From contig CAVSQW010000015.1 in NCBI GenBank assembly GCA_963730185.1, forward strand, positions 224,001 to 288,000: DNA of 64,000 bases, given 5' to 3'. Every line of letters starts with the position of its first letter. Positions within the stretch are counted from its first letter, which is position 1. The position numbers and the translations under genes were made by a program. Below, piece by piece: positions 29,936 through 40,919 of the stretch. Source of the stretch: an uncultured Gemmatimonadales bacterium. GTDB lineage: Bacteria > Gemmatimonadota > Gemmatimonadetes > Gemmatimonadales > GWC2-71-9. The notes beneath the pieces are model-generated. The model was not told where the DNA came from, made no database searches, and saw only the letters and a program-made list of their open reading frames with translations.

Positions 29936-31642
29936 TCACCATCCGGCCCCCGCGCCGCCCCGCCGGGGATCGCTCGCCCCCAGCCATCCGTCGGCGGTGC
30001 GGATGATCGCCTCCACGTCGCCCATGTAGCTCCGGACGGCCACGTGATGGCCCATCGCCTCGAGCTGGGAGATCACCGCGGGCGCGAACCCGTCCTGCTC
30101 CAGCAGGATCCGGTCGGGCAGGCCCTGGTGATGGAGCCGGGGAACCCAGATCGCCTCGGGCAACGACATCCCATGGTCGATCACGTTGGAGACGACGTGG
30201 TACACCTGGGTGATGATGGTCGGCCCGCCCGGGGTCCCCAGCACCATCAGGAGCCGGCCCTCCCGGTCCAGGACGATCGTCGGCGTCATCGCTGACAGCA
30301 TCCGCTTGCCCGGGGCGATGGCGTTGGCCTCGCCCTGGACCAGGCCGTAGTTGTTGGGCTTGCCCGGCGCGGTGGTGAAGTCGTCCATCTCGTCGTTGAG
30401 GAGGAAGCCCGCGCCTGCCACCGTCACCGCGCTCCCGAAGCTGTTGTTGAGCGTCGTGGTGGTGCTGACCGCGTTGCCGTCCTGATCGACCACCGAATAG
30501 TGCGTGGTGGACGGCCCGTCGCGGAGGCCGACTGCCAGCGTGGAGGTCGGGGTCGCGTGGGCCGGATCGATCTCCGCCCGCCGCTGGGCCGCGTGCTGCT
30601 TGCTGATCATCAGGGCGACCGGGTTGTCGACGAAGGCGGGATCGCCCAACGACGCGTTTCGCTCCACGAAGGCCCGCCGCATCGCCTCGGCCTCCAGGTG
30701 CATGAGTGCCGGGGTGCCGAACGCGGGGAGCGGGTCGAACCCCTCCAGGATGTTCAGGATCAGGGCCAGGGTCACCCCTCCGGACGATGACGGCGGCATC
30801 GAGTAGATGGTGCGCCCCCGGTAGGTGAACTGGAGCGGCTCGCGCCAGCGGGTCTGGTAGTTGGCCAGATCGTGCCCGGTAATGATGCCGCCGCCCCGCT
30901 TCATCTCGGCCACGATCAGATCGGCGATCGGACCCCGGTAGAAGGCGTCCGCGCCGCCGTCCCGGATCGCTTCCAGCGTGCGGGCGAGATCCGGCTGGGT
31001 CCAGGTCGCGCCGGCCGCGGGCGCCCGGCCGCCGGGGAGGAAGGTGCTGGCCGAGGCTCGAAACCGGGCCAGGCGCTCGGCATCGCTCTGAATCGCGTCG
31101 TGGCGATACTGGTCGACCACGAACCCGTCGTGGGCCAGCCGGATCGCGGGCTCGATCACCCGGGTCCAGGGCAGCCGCCCGAAGCGGCGGTGAGCCTCGG
31201 CCAAGCCTGCGACCGAGCCGGGGACCCCCACCGCGAGATGACCGGTCCAGCTCCGGTCGGTCGGGTTCCCGTCGGGGCCGACGTACATCGTGCGGGTGGC
31301 CCGTCCGGGCGCGGTCTCGCGGTAGTCGAGGGCGTAGACCTCGCCGTTGGCGAGGCGGATCATGGTGAAGCCGCCACCCCCCAGGTTGCCGGCCTCGGGG
31401 TGGACCACCGCCAGGGCGAAGCCCACCGCCACCGCGGCGTCGACCGCGTTACCCCCGGCCTGGAGCACGTCCCGCCCGACGGCGCTTGCCAGGGGGCTGC
31501 CGGACACCACCATCGCCCGCATGCCGGTGGCAACCCGGGTGCTGTCGCGGAGGGGCCAATGCGGGTCGATGCCCTGCTGGGCGCCCGCCGGCGCGGTGGT
31601 CGCCAGGAGCAGGAGCGCGAACGCGGTGAGGGGGCGGGTCAC
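29936..31642 (-). CDS. ggt: Gamma-glutamyltransferase (exported)
   Basis: GGNAVDAAVA, DYRETAP, TTHYSVVD, LNDEMDDF, SAMTPT, GTPGG, SDPR. Confidence 0.96.
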   Translation of the reverse strand: MTRPLTAFALLLLATTAPAGAQQGIDPHWPLRDSTRVATGMRAMVVSGSPLASAVGRDVLQAGGNAVDAAVAVGFALAVVHPEAGNLGGGGFTMIRLANGEVYALDYRETAPGRATRTMYVGPDGNPTDRSWTGHLAVGVPGSVAGLAEAHRRFGRLPWTRVIEPAIRLAHDGFVVDQYRHDAIQSDAERLARFRASASTFLPGGRAPAAGATWTQPDLARTLEAIRDGGADAFYRGPIADLIVAEMKRGGGIITGHDLANYQTRWREPLQFTYRGRTIYSMPPSSSGGVTLALILNILEGFDPLPAFGTPALMHLEAEAMRRAFVERNASLGDPAFVDNPVALMISKQHAAQRRAEIDPAHATPTSTLAVGLRDGPSTTHYSVVDQDGNAVSTTTTLNNSFGSAVTVAGAGFLLNDEMDDFTTAPGKPNNYGLVQGEANAIAPGKRMLSAMTPTIVLDREGRLLMVLGTPGGPTIITQVYHVVSNVIDHGMSLPEAIWVPRLHHQGLPDRILLEQDGFAPAVISQLEAMGHHVAVRSYMGDVEAIIRTADGWLGASDPRRGGAGAGW

Positions 31643-31756
31643 GAGTTCTCCTTCGTTGCCGAGTTGCCGGGCCCAAGCGCGCCCCGGTAATTTAGACGGA
31701 CGCCGTTCACCTCGTTCGCGACTCCGTCGCGCCCTGGCCCATCCACCCCCGATTCC

Positions 31757-32683
31757 ATGTCCGCCGAACCGCCCGCGGTCCGCCTCACCGAGCGACGCAA
31801 CCCGCGGAGCGCGAACGTCGATCTGGCGACGGCGCTCGAGATCGTCGACCTGATCGGCGCCGAGGATGCCACGGTCCCGGCCGCGGTGGCGCGGGCCCGG
31901 GAGGAGATTGCCGCGGCGATCGGCCTGATCGAGCGCTCGTTCCGGGCCGGCGGCCGGCTGCTCTACGTCGGAGCCGGGACCAGCGGCCGGCTGGGGGTGC
32001 TCGACGCCGCGGAGTGCCCGCCCACCTTCGGCACCGACCCGGCGATGGTGGTCGGGATCATCGCCGGTGGATTCCCGGCGCTGGTCCGCTCGGCCGAGGG
32101 GGCCGAGGACGACGTCAACGCCGGGATCGCGGCGGTGGACACGAACCAGGTCACCGCCCGCGACGCGGTCGTCGGCATCGCCGCGAGCGGGGGCACGCCC
32201 TACGTCCGCGCGGCGCTGGGCCGGGCCGCGACCCTGGGCGCCGGCACGGTGCTCGTCGCCTGCGCCGAGCCGCCGGCGCTCCTCAGGGACACTTGCGACG
32301 TCTGCATCACCGTCCTGACCGGCCCCGAGGTGGTGACCGGCTCCACCCGGATGAAGGCCGGCACCGCCACCAAACTGGTGCTCAACACCCTCACCACCGG
32401 CGCCATGATCCGGCTCGGGAAGACCTATGGCAACCTGATGGTCGACCTCCAGGCCTGGAGCGACAAGCTGGTGGACCGGGGCGAGCGGATCGTGATGGAC
32501 GTGACCGGCGTGGACCGGGCCGCCGCCCGGCGGGCGATCGACCAGGCGGAGGGGAGCGTTCGCACCGCGATCGTGATGGTCAAACGGCGGCTGGATCGGC
32601 CCGCGGCCGAGGCGTTGTTGGCTCGGCACGATCATCGGGTCCGGGCCGTGATCGGCGATCCGCCGCCGGTGAGCGGGCCATGA
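31757..32683 (+). CDS. murQ: N-acetylmuramic acid 6-phosphate etherase
   Basis: GAGTSGRLGVLDAAECPPTFG, GPEVVTGSTRMKAGTATK. Confidence 0.97.
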   Translation: MSAEPPAVRLTERRNPRSANVDLATALEIVDLIGAEDATVPAAVARAREEIAAAIGLIERSFRAGGRLLYVGAGTSGRLGVLDAAECPPTFGTDPAMVVGIIAGGFPALVRSAEGAEDDVNAGIAAVDTNQVTARDAVVGIAASGGTPYVRAALGRAATLGAGTVLVACAEPPALLRDTCDVCITVLTGPEVVTGSTRMKAGTATKLVLNTLTTGAMIRLGKTYGNLMVDLQAWSDKLVDRGERIVMDVTGVDRAAARRAIDQAEGSVRTAIVMVKRRLDRPAAEALLARHDHRVRAVIGDPPPVSGP

Positions 32684-33792
32684 CCGAGCGGCCTACCCTC
32701 GCGGTCGGGCTCATGTCGGGCACGTCGCTCGACGGGATGGACGCCGCCCTGGTCCGGTTCCGCGGCCCGACCGTGGCGGAGCTGGTCGCCTTCGTCAGTG
32801 TTCCGTACCCCGCCGAGAGCCGGGCCCGGATCGAGCGGGCGATCGAATCGGGCGGGACCCGGGAGCTGGCCCTGCTCCATGCCGCCATCGGCGACTGGGC
32901 CGTCGAGGCGGTGCAGCGGGTGCTGGCCGAGGGCCACACCCGCGCCAGCGACCTCGGACTGATCGCCTTTCCCGGACAGACCGTCTGGCACGAGCCGCCG
33001 GCCGTCACCTGGCAGCTGGGTGAGCCCTCCCGGCTCGCCGAGGCGTTCGGTGTCCGGGTCGTGAGCGGGTTCCGAGGGCGCGACCTCGCGGCCGGAGGGC
33101 AGGGGGCCCCCCTCGTCCCGATGGCCGACGTGCTGCTCTTCGGGGCCGATCACCCCCGGATCCTGCTCAACCTGGGCGGGATGGCCAACCTGACCTACGT
33201 GCCGCACCGGGCCGACGAGGGCGGCGCCTTCGCCTTCGATACCGGTCCAGGAATGGCGGTAATCGACCTGGCCGCCCGGCTCACCGATCCGGCGCTCCCC
33301 TACGACGTGGACGGCCGTCTGGCGGCCGCCGGCCGGGGCGACGACGCGGTGGTCGAGTCGCTCCTGGCCGACCCGTTCTTTGCCGAAGCCCCGCCCAAGA
33401 GCACCGGCCGGGAGCGCTTCGGTCGGGGCTTCGCCGAGGCGCTGGTGGCGCGGGTCCCGCCGCCCGATGCCGTGGCGACCGCGGTGGAGCTCACCGCCCG
33501 GAGCGTGGCCAGGGCCCTCGATCGCTGGACCCCGGGCGACGCCGAGGTGGTGGTCTCCGGGGGCGGGCGGCTTCACCCCGGCCTGATGGCCTCCCTGGCC
33601 GGCCATCTGGACGCGGGCGGCCGGTCCCATCCCCTGGTCCGGTTCGACGACCTCTTCTTCTCGGGCGACGCCAAGGAAGCCGTGGCCTTCGCCCTGCTCG
33701 GGTATCTGACGGTCCACGGTCAACCCGGTAACTTGCCGGCGGCCACCGGCGCGCGCGGGCCCCGCGTGCTGGGGACGGTGACGCCCGCGTGA
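32680..33792 (+). CDS. anmK: Anhydro-N-acetylmuramic acid kinase
   Basis: GLMSGTSLDGMD, GGQGAPLVP, NLGGMAN, FDTGPG, PKSTGRE, KEAVAFA. Confidence 0.96.
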   Translation: MTERPTLAVGLMSGTSLDGMDAALVRFRGPTVAELVAFVSVPYPAESRARIERAIESGGTRELALLHAAIGDWAVEAVQRVLAEGHTRASDLGLIAFPGQTVWHEPPAVTWQLGEPSRLAEAFGVRVVSGFRGRDLAAGGQGAPLVPMADVLLFGADHPRILLNLGGMANLTYVPHRADEGGAFAFDTGPGMAVIDLAARLTDPALPYDVDGRLAAAGRGDDAVVESLLADPFFAEAPPKSTGRERFGRGFAEALVARVPPPDAVATAVELTARSVARALDRWTPGDAEVVVSGGGRLHPGLMASLAGHLDAGGRSHPLVRFDDLFFSGDAKEAVAFALLGYLTVHGQPGNLPAATGARGPRVLGTVTPA

Positions 33793-35192
33793 GCCTCGGA
33801 CGGCTCGTCCTGCCCGGGCTCCGGTGGCGCGACGAGACCGGTTTTGCTCACGAGCGGCCCCTGATCGACCGGGCGCTTGCCTTCGGCTGCGGCGGCTTCA
33901 TCCTCTTTGGTGGCACGGCCGAGGCGGTGGCGGAGCTGACTCGCGACCTGACCGCCCAGGCCGGACGCCCGCTCTTGATCGGGGCTGACCTGGAGCGGGG
34001 GGCCGGCCAACAGGTGCGAGGGCTGACCGACGTGCCGCCTCCGGGAGCGTTGGCGTCGCTCGATGATCTCGACCTGATCCGGTGGGCCGGTGCCATGACC
34101 GGCGCCGAAGCCCGGTCGGTGGGGATCGACTGGGTCTACGCCCCCGACGCCGATCTCGATCTCGCGGCCGAGAATCCCATCGTCCAAACCCGGTCGTTCG
34201 GGGCCGACCCGGCCCGGGTCGCGGCTGCGGTCACCGCCTGGATCGAGGGCTGCCAGGCCACCGGGGCGCTGGCCTGCGCCAAGCATTTTCCGGGGCACGG
34301 GCGCACCGTGGTCGATTCGCACGACCGGATGCCCGAAGTCTCGACCTCGCGGGACCAGCTGGCCTCGACCGATCTGGTTCCGTTCCGGGCCGCGATCGAG
34401 GCCGGCGTGGCGTCGGTGATGACCGCGCACGTGAGCTATCGCGCCCTCGATCCGGCCGGCCGGCCGGCCACCCTCTCGCCCCCGGTGCTCGACCTCCTCC
34501 GGGGTGAGCTCGGCTTCGACGGTCTGGTGGTGACCGACGCCCTGATCATGAAGGGGGCCTTCCAGGACACCCGTCCCGAGGTCGCGGCGGTCGACTCGCT
34601 CGTCGCCGGCGTGGACCTGCTGCTCTATCCCATCGATCCGGCGGCGACCCACGCGGAGCTGGAGCGGCGCGCCGGCGCCGACCCGGCCGTGCGGGTGGCC
34701 GTCGACCGGGCGTTAGGCAGCTATCACCGGGGCCTGACCCGGGCGGGCCTGACCCCGTCGGGCCCGATCCCCGCCGATCGGTCGGCCGAGGCGGCGCGGC
34801 GGCTGCTCGACGCGAAGGCCCCACCCGGCCTCCGGCTCCGAGCGCCGATCGAGCTGGTGGTGGTGGACGACGACACCGACGGCGCCTGGCCGGCGAGTCC
34901 GAGCGACGTCACGGAGCGGGCGCTCCGGAACGCCGGCGTTCCCCTCGGGCCGGGTGGCAGCCGAGTGGTTCTGGTCTTTGCCGAGCCCCGGGCCTCCAAG
35001 GGACGGGCCGGCCTCGGCGCCAGGAGCCGTCAGGAGCTGGCCGCCGCGTGGCCGGCCGACCTCGTGGCGCTGTTCGCCCATCCCAGGATCGAGGCCGAGC
35101 TGCCGGGCGGGGCTCCGCTGATCCGGGCCTGGCACCGCCAGCGGCTGATGCAGGAGGCCGTCGCTGGCTGGATTCGGGAGCGGCTCGGGTGA
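33789..35192 (+). CDS. nagZ: GH3 beta-N-acetylhexosaminidase (NagZ-like)
   Basis: DLERG, RSFG, KHFPGHG..DSH, MTAH, VTDAL. Confidence 0.88.
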   Translation: MSLGRLVLPGLRWRDETGFAHERPLIDRALAFGCGGFILFGGTAEAVAELTRDLTAQAGRPLLIGADLERGAGQQVRGLTDVPPPGALASLDDLDLIRWAGAMTGAEARSVGIDWVYAPDADLDLAAENPIVQTRSFGADPARVAAAVTAWIEGCQATGALACAKHFPGHGRTVVDSHDRMPEVSTSRDQLASTDLVPFRAAIEAGVASVMTAHVSYRALDPAGRPATLSPPVLDLLRGELGFDGLVVTDALIMKGAFQDTRPEVAAVDSLVAGVDLLLYPIDPAATHAELERRAGADPAVRVAVDRALGSYHRGLTRAGLTPSGPIPADRSAEAARRLLDAKAPPGLRLRAPIELVVVDDDTDGAWPASPSDVTERALRNAGVPLGPGGSRVVLVFAEPRASKGRAGLGARSRQELAAAWPADLVALFAHPRIEAELPGGAPLIRAWHRQRLMQEAVAGWIRERLG

Positions 35193-36823
35193 GCTGGCTC
35201 GACTGGACCGTGGTGCTCGCCTATCTGGCGCTGACCCTGACGATCGGACTGGTGCTGGCCCGCCGGGGGGCGCGGAACATGGCGGAGTTCTTCGTGGGCG
35301 GGCGGGCCATTCCCTGGTGGCTCGCGGCGGCCTCGATGGCGGCGACCACCTTCAACGTCGACACCCCCCTCTATGTGGCGGGACGGGTGGCCCAGGCGGG
35401 CGTGGCCGGCAACTGGGAGTGGTGGTGCTTCGCCTTCGCGCACGTGCTGCTCGCCGTCGTCCTGGCCAAGCTCTGGCGGCGGGCCAACGTGCTCACCGAC
35501 ATGGAGCTCACCGAGCTGCGCTACGCCGGGTCGCCGGCGGCCGCGCTCCGGGCCACCCGCGCCTTCATCTTCGCGGTGCCCCTCAACTGCATCAGCATCG
35601 GCTACGGGATGCTCGCGATGCGGAAGGTGGTGGTCGCCCTCGGCCTCCTCGACCACCTGCCCGCCATGCCCGGCGACGCCCGGCTCTGGGCCCTGCTCCC
35701 GATCGTGGTGGTGGTGCTGATCTACACTGCGGTCTCGGGGATCTGGGGCGTTGTGGCCACCGACTTCCTCCAGTACATCCTCGCCCTCGTCGGCGCCGTG
35801 CTGGTGATGAGCTACGCCTTGCACGAGGTTGGCGGGGTCGGTTCTTTGGTCGCCGCGCTCCGGGCCCAGGGGAAGGGACATCACCTCGACCTGCTGCCCA
35901 CCGGGGAAGGGGCGCTGGTGCCCCTCTCCACCTTTCTGGGATACGTGACCATTCAGTGGTGGGCGTTCCGGAACTCGGACGGGGGCGGGATCTTCGTCCA
36001 GCGGCTGGCCGGGACCGCAGACGAGCGCGAGGCTACCCGGGCGGCCCACCTGTTCAATCTGCTGAACTACGTGATTCGGACCTGGCCCTGGGTGCTGGTG
36101 GGGCTCGCGGCGTTGGTGATCCTCCCGGGGCTCGCCGATCCGGAGACCGCGTACCCGCTGCTCATGGTCCGGTACCTCCCGAGCGGGCTGCTGGGCCTGG
36201 TGTTCGCTTCGTTGCTCGCGGCGTTCATGTCGACCGTGTCGACCCAGGTGAACTGGGGCGCCAGCTACCTGGTCAACGATCTCTACGCCCGCTTCGGCGG
36301 GGTGGACGATCAGGCCAAGCTCATTCGGGCGGCTCGCCTGGCGACGGTGGGCATCACGGTGCTCGCGGCGGCGCTCTCGTTCGTGATGGACAGCGTGGGG
36401 CAGGTCTTTCGGTTCCTGATCCTGATCGGGAACGGGCCCGGCCTGGTGCTCCTCCTTCGCTGGTTCTGGTGGCGGATCAATGCGTGGGCGGAGATTTCGG
36501 CCATGCTGGCGGGACTCGGGCTCGCGCTGGTGTCGTATCTCCCCCGGTTCGGCGCGCTGACCTTCGGCCAGCGGCTGGCGCTCACCGCGTTCGGCTCACT
36601 CGCCGTCTGGGTGCCGGTCATGTTCCTGACCCGGCCCGAGCCGGCGGCGGTGCTGGACGGCTTCTATCGTCGGGTCCGGCCGGGCGGGGCGTGGGGACCG
36701 ATCCGCGCCCGGGTGGGGCTGGCCGCGCTCGATCCGCTGGGGCCTGATCTGGTCCGGTGGGTGGGGTGGACGGTGGCGGTGCTGGGGAGCACCCTCGGGA
36801 TCGGCTGGCTGATCCTTCGTTAG
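35189..36823 (+). CDS. Sodium:solute symporter family protein
   Basis: FFVGGRAIPWW, SMAATTF..DTP, LAAFMST, many TM helices; GTGA overlap with nagZ. Confidence 0.92.
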   Translation: MSWLDWTVVLAYLALTLTIGLVLARRGARNMAEFFVGGRAIPWWLAAASMAATTFNVDTPLYVAGRVAQAGVAGNWEWWCFAFAHVLLAVVLAKLWRRANVLTDMELTELRYAGSPAAALRATRAFIFAVPLNCISIGYGMLAMRKVVVALGLLDHLPAMPGDARLWALLPIVVVVLIYTAVSGIWGVVATDFLQYILALVGAVLVMSYALHEVGGVGSLVAALRAQGKGHHLDLLPTGEGALVPLSTFLGYVTIQWWAFRNSDGGGIFVQRLAGTADEREATRAAHLFNLLNYVIRTWPWVLVGLAALVILPGLADPETAYPLLMVRYLPSGLLGLVFASLLAAFMSTVSTQVNWGASYLVNDLYARFGGVDDQAKLIRAARLATVGITVLAAALSFVMDSVGQVFRFLILIGNGPGLVLLLRWFWWRINAWAEISAMLAGLGLALVSYLPRFGALTFGQRLALTAFGSLAVWVPVMFLTRPEPAAVLDGFYRRVRPGGAWGPIRARVGLAALDPLGPDLVRWVGWTVAVLGSTLGIGWLILR

Positions 36824-36831
36824 GCAGCCGG

Positions 36832-38199
36832 TTAGGGGGCGCCCGCCAGGGCCCGGATCAGCCGGGCGGGCACCGCGTATACCACGCCCGGGGCCGACCG
36901 ACCGGGGTCGCCGCCCGAGACCACGCCCGCCACCTCGCCGGTCGGGCCCAGTACCGGGCTTCCCGACGAACCCCCCGTTCCGTAGCCGTCGATCGTGAGC
37001 AGGTCGGGACCGGCGGCCCGGAGCGTGCCGACGGTCGCCGTCGCGCTCACCCCCGTGGATCGCCAGTCGCCCAACGAGTCGAGCCCGCCGGGATAGCCCA
37101 CCAGCGCCACCGGCGCGCCCACCGCCAGAGAGTCGACCAAACCGGCGACCACCGGCGCCCCGCCCCGGATCCGCGCCATCAACAGCGCCAGGTCGGCGCG
37201 ATCGTCCACCCGGATCAGGGTGGCCCGAAAGGCCTGCCCGGTGCCGTCGAAGATCACCGCCAGCCGGTTGGCCATCAGCCCGGCCGAGTCCTGCACCAGA
37301 TGGCGGGCGGTGACGATCAGCACGGTGTCGCCGCGCGACCGGATCGCGAATCCGCTCCCCGAGAGCACCCGGCCGTCGTGTCCCTCGGCCACCACCACGG
37401 CCACCGCCCGCTGGCTCGCCTTGGCGGCCGCGGCCGGGTCGAAGCGGGCCGCGCTCAGGACCTGGCCGTGGAGCGCCGCGTCGACCGACACCCGCCGGGT
37501 CAGGGTGTCCAGCCGGTCCGCGGTGGCCCGGCCGGTCGCGATCGTGGCTCTGAGCGACGCCACCTCGCTCCGGGCCGTCGCCAGGGCACTCTCGATCCCG
37601 CTGGCTTGGGACCGGGTCGCCTCGATCCGGGTCAGGAGGTCGTCCACCCGGCTCAACAGGGCCGAGCGCTGCGTCTCGAGCTCGGCCCGCTCCCGGCGGG
37701 TTCGCCAGGCCATCTGGCTCATCGTCAGGCCCGCGATCGCCAGGGTGCCGACGACGATCCACTTCCAGCGCGAGGTCTGACGGCGGACCTCGACCTGGAT
37801 CCGGTCGGTGGTCCGGGTGCGGGGTCGGCGGATCCGGCTCGCCGGCTCGGGTTGGGGCGCCTCGGTGGGCGCCGGCGCGCGCGGCGCCACGTCGGTCACG
37901 CTGAACTCGAGCCGAGGCCCTTCGAGACCGAACTGGATCAGGTCGCCCGGCTCGAGGGGGCGGTCGCTCCGGATCCGGCGACCGTTCACGAAGGTGCCGT
38001 TGGTGCTCCCGAGGTCGCGGAGCATGAAGCCGCCGCCTTGCTTGAACACGGCGGCGTGCCGGACCGAGACCTGGAGGTCACCCTCGGGATCGAACGGCAC
38101 GTCCGAGCCGGGATGGCGGCCGATGGTCGCGAAATCGTTGGCCGACACTCGGGTGCGGTCGGCCATCGCCCCATCGAGGTACCGGAACTGCGCGAACAT
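36832..38199 (-). CDS. FHA domain - TM - coiled coil - trypsin-like serine protease
   Basis: IGRH..SD, VSVRHA, DLGSTNGT; TARH / DLA / GSSGSP triad. Confidence 0.9.
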   Translation of the reverse strand: MFAQFRYLDGAMADRTRVSANDFATIGRHPGSDVPFDPEGDLQVSVRHAAVFKQGGGFMLRDLGSTNGTFVNGRRIRSDRPLEPGDLIQFGLEGPRLEFSVTDVAPRAPAPTEAPQPEPASRIRRPRTRTTDRIQVEVRRQTSRWKWIVVGTLAIAGLTMSQMAWRTRRERAELETQRSALLSRVDDLLTRIEATRSQASGIESALATARSEVASLRATIATGRATADRLDTLTRRVSVDAALHGQVLSAARFDPAAAAKASQRAVAVVVAEGHDGRVLSGSGFAIRSRGDTVLIVTARHLVQDSAGLMANRLAVIFDGTGQAFRATLIRVDDRADLALLMARIRGGAPVVAGLVDSLAVGAPVALVGYPGGLDSLGDWRSTGVSATATVGTLRAAGPDLLTIDGYGTGGSSGSPVLGPTGEVAGVVSGGDPGRSAPGVVYAVPARLIRALAGAP

Positions 38200-38209
38200 G
38201 TCGGTTCGG

Positions 38210-39252
38210 TCAGCCGAAGGCGCGAAGCAGGAGGAAGACGACCAGCAGGACGATCAGGAGCCCGGCGCCGACCGCCGCAATCGTCGTCGGGGTGCCGGAG
38301 CGGGCGCCCTCGACCTCGACCGGCGGCGCCGGCGCGATCGCCGCCTCCACCGGCGCGGGGACGGGCGCCTCGCCCGAGGTCTCGGCGTCGGGGGTGGGAT
38401 AGACGTGATAGCCGATGTCGTCGGCGACGGTTGGCGGGGGGAGGCCCGGGCCGTCGAACTGGCCCACTACCACCGTGATGTTGTCGGGGCCGCCGCGCTC
38501 GTTCGCGAGGTCGATCAGGTGGTCGCAGATCGCGTTGACGTCGCCGCTCGCGTTGACCACGTCGGCGATCTCGTCCCGCTTGACCTGGCCGGACAGCCCA
38601 TCGGAGCAGAGCACCACGATGTCGCCGCGGGCCAGGTCCTGATAGGTCACGTCGACCCGGATCTTGGCGTCGGGGCCCAGGGCCTGGAGGATGATGTTCC
38701 GCCGCTCGCTCACGGCGGCCTGCTCTTCGGTCAGCTCGCCGGCGTCGATCAGGCGCTGCATCAAGGACTGGTCCTTGGTGAGCTGGATCGCCACGCTCTG
38801 CCGGACCATGTAGGCCCGGCTGTCGCCCACTTGGGCGAGGTAGAGCCGATTGCCGAGCACGCCCACCACGGTCGAGGTCGTGCCCATGCCCCGGGCGTCG
38901 GGGTGCTCTTTGGCGTACTCGTGGATCCGGGCGTTGGCGAGCTCGACGGCCAACCGGATATGACGGATGAAGTCGTCTCCGCCGACCTCGTTGCTCCGGC
39001 CCCAGGAAATGGCTAGGTGCTGGAAGATGAGATCGGCCGCCATGGCGCTCGCCAGCTCACCCGCCGCGGCGCCGCCCATCCCGTCCGCCACCAGCAACAG
39101 GGTCCCGCGGGGCCCGATCGACGCGTGGCCGTCGACCAGAAAGTCGGTCGTGCCCCGGGTCAGGTCGGCCACGAGGAAGGTGTCCTCGTTGTGGTCGCGA
39201 GTCCGGCCCCGATCGGTCTTGGCGCCGAGGCGGAGGACGATCCCGGAATCGG

Positions 39253-39256
<4 letters not shown>
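38210..39256 (-). CDS. PP2C-type Ser/Thr phosphatase with C-terminal TM helix
   Basis: RDHNED, VADGMGG, VGDSRAY, LCSDGL, GGPDNIT. Confidence 0.95.
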
Positions 39257-40791
<1,535 letters not shown>

Positions 40792-40919
40792 GGACCGTCC
40801 TCGAGGTTCTTTCGCTGTTTCACTGAGGGACGCTTCGCAGGGCGCAATCTAGGCCCGTGCGGCGGGAAGCGTCAACCGGACAATTGATGTAAGTCATAGT
40901 CGCTGTGTACCTTGCGGCG

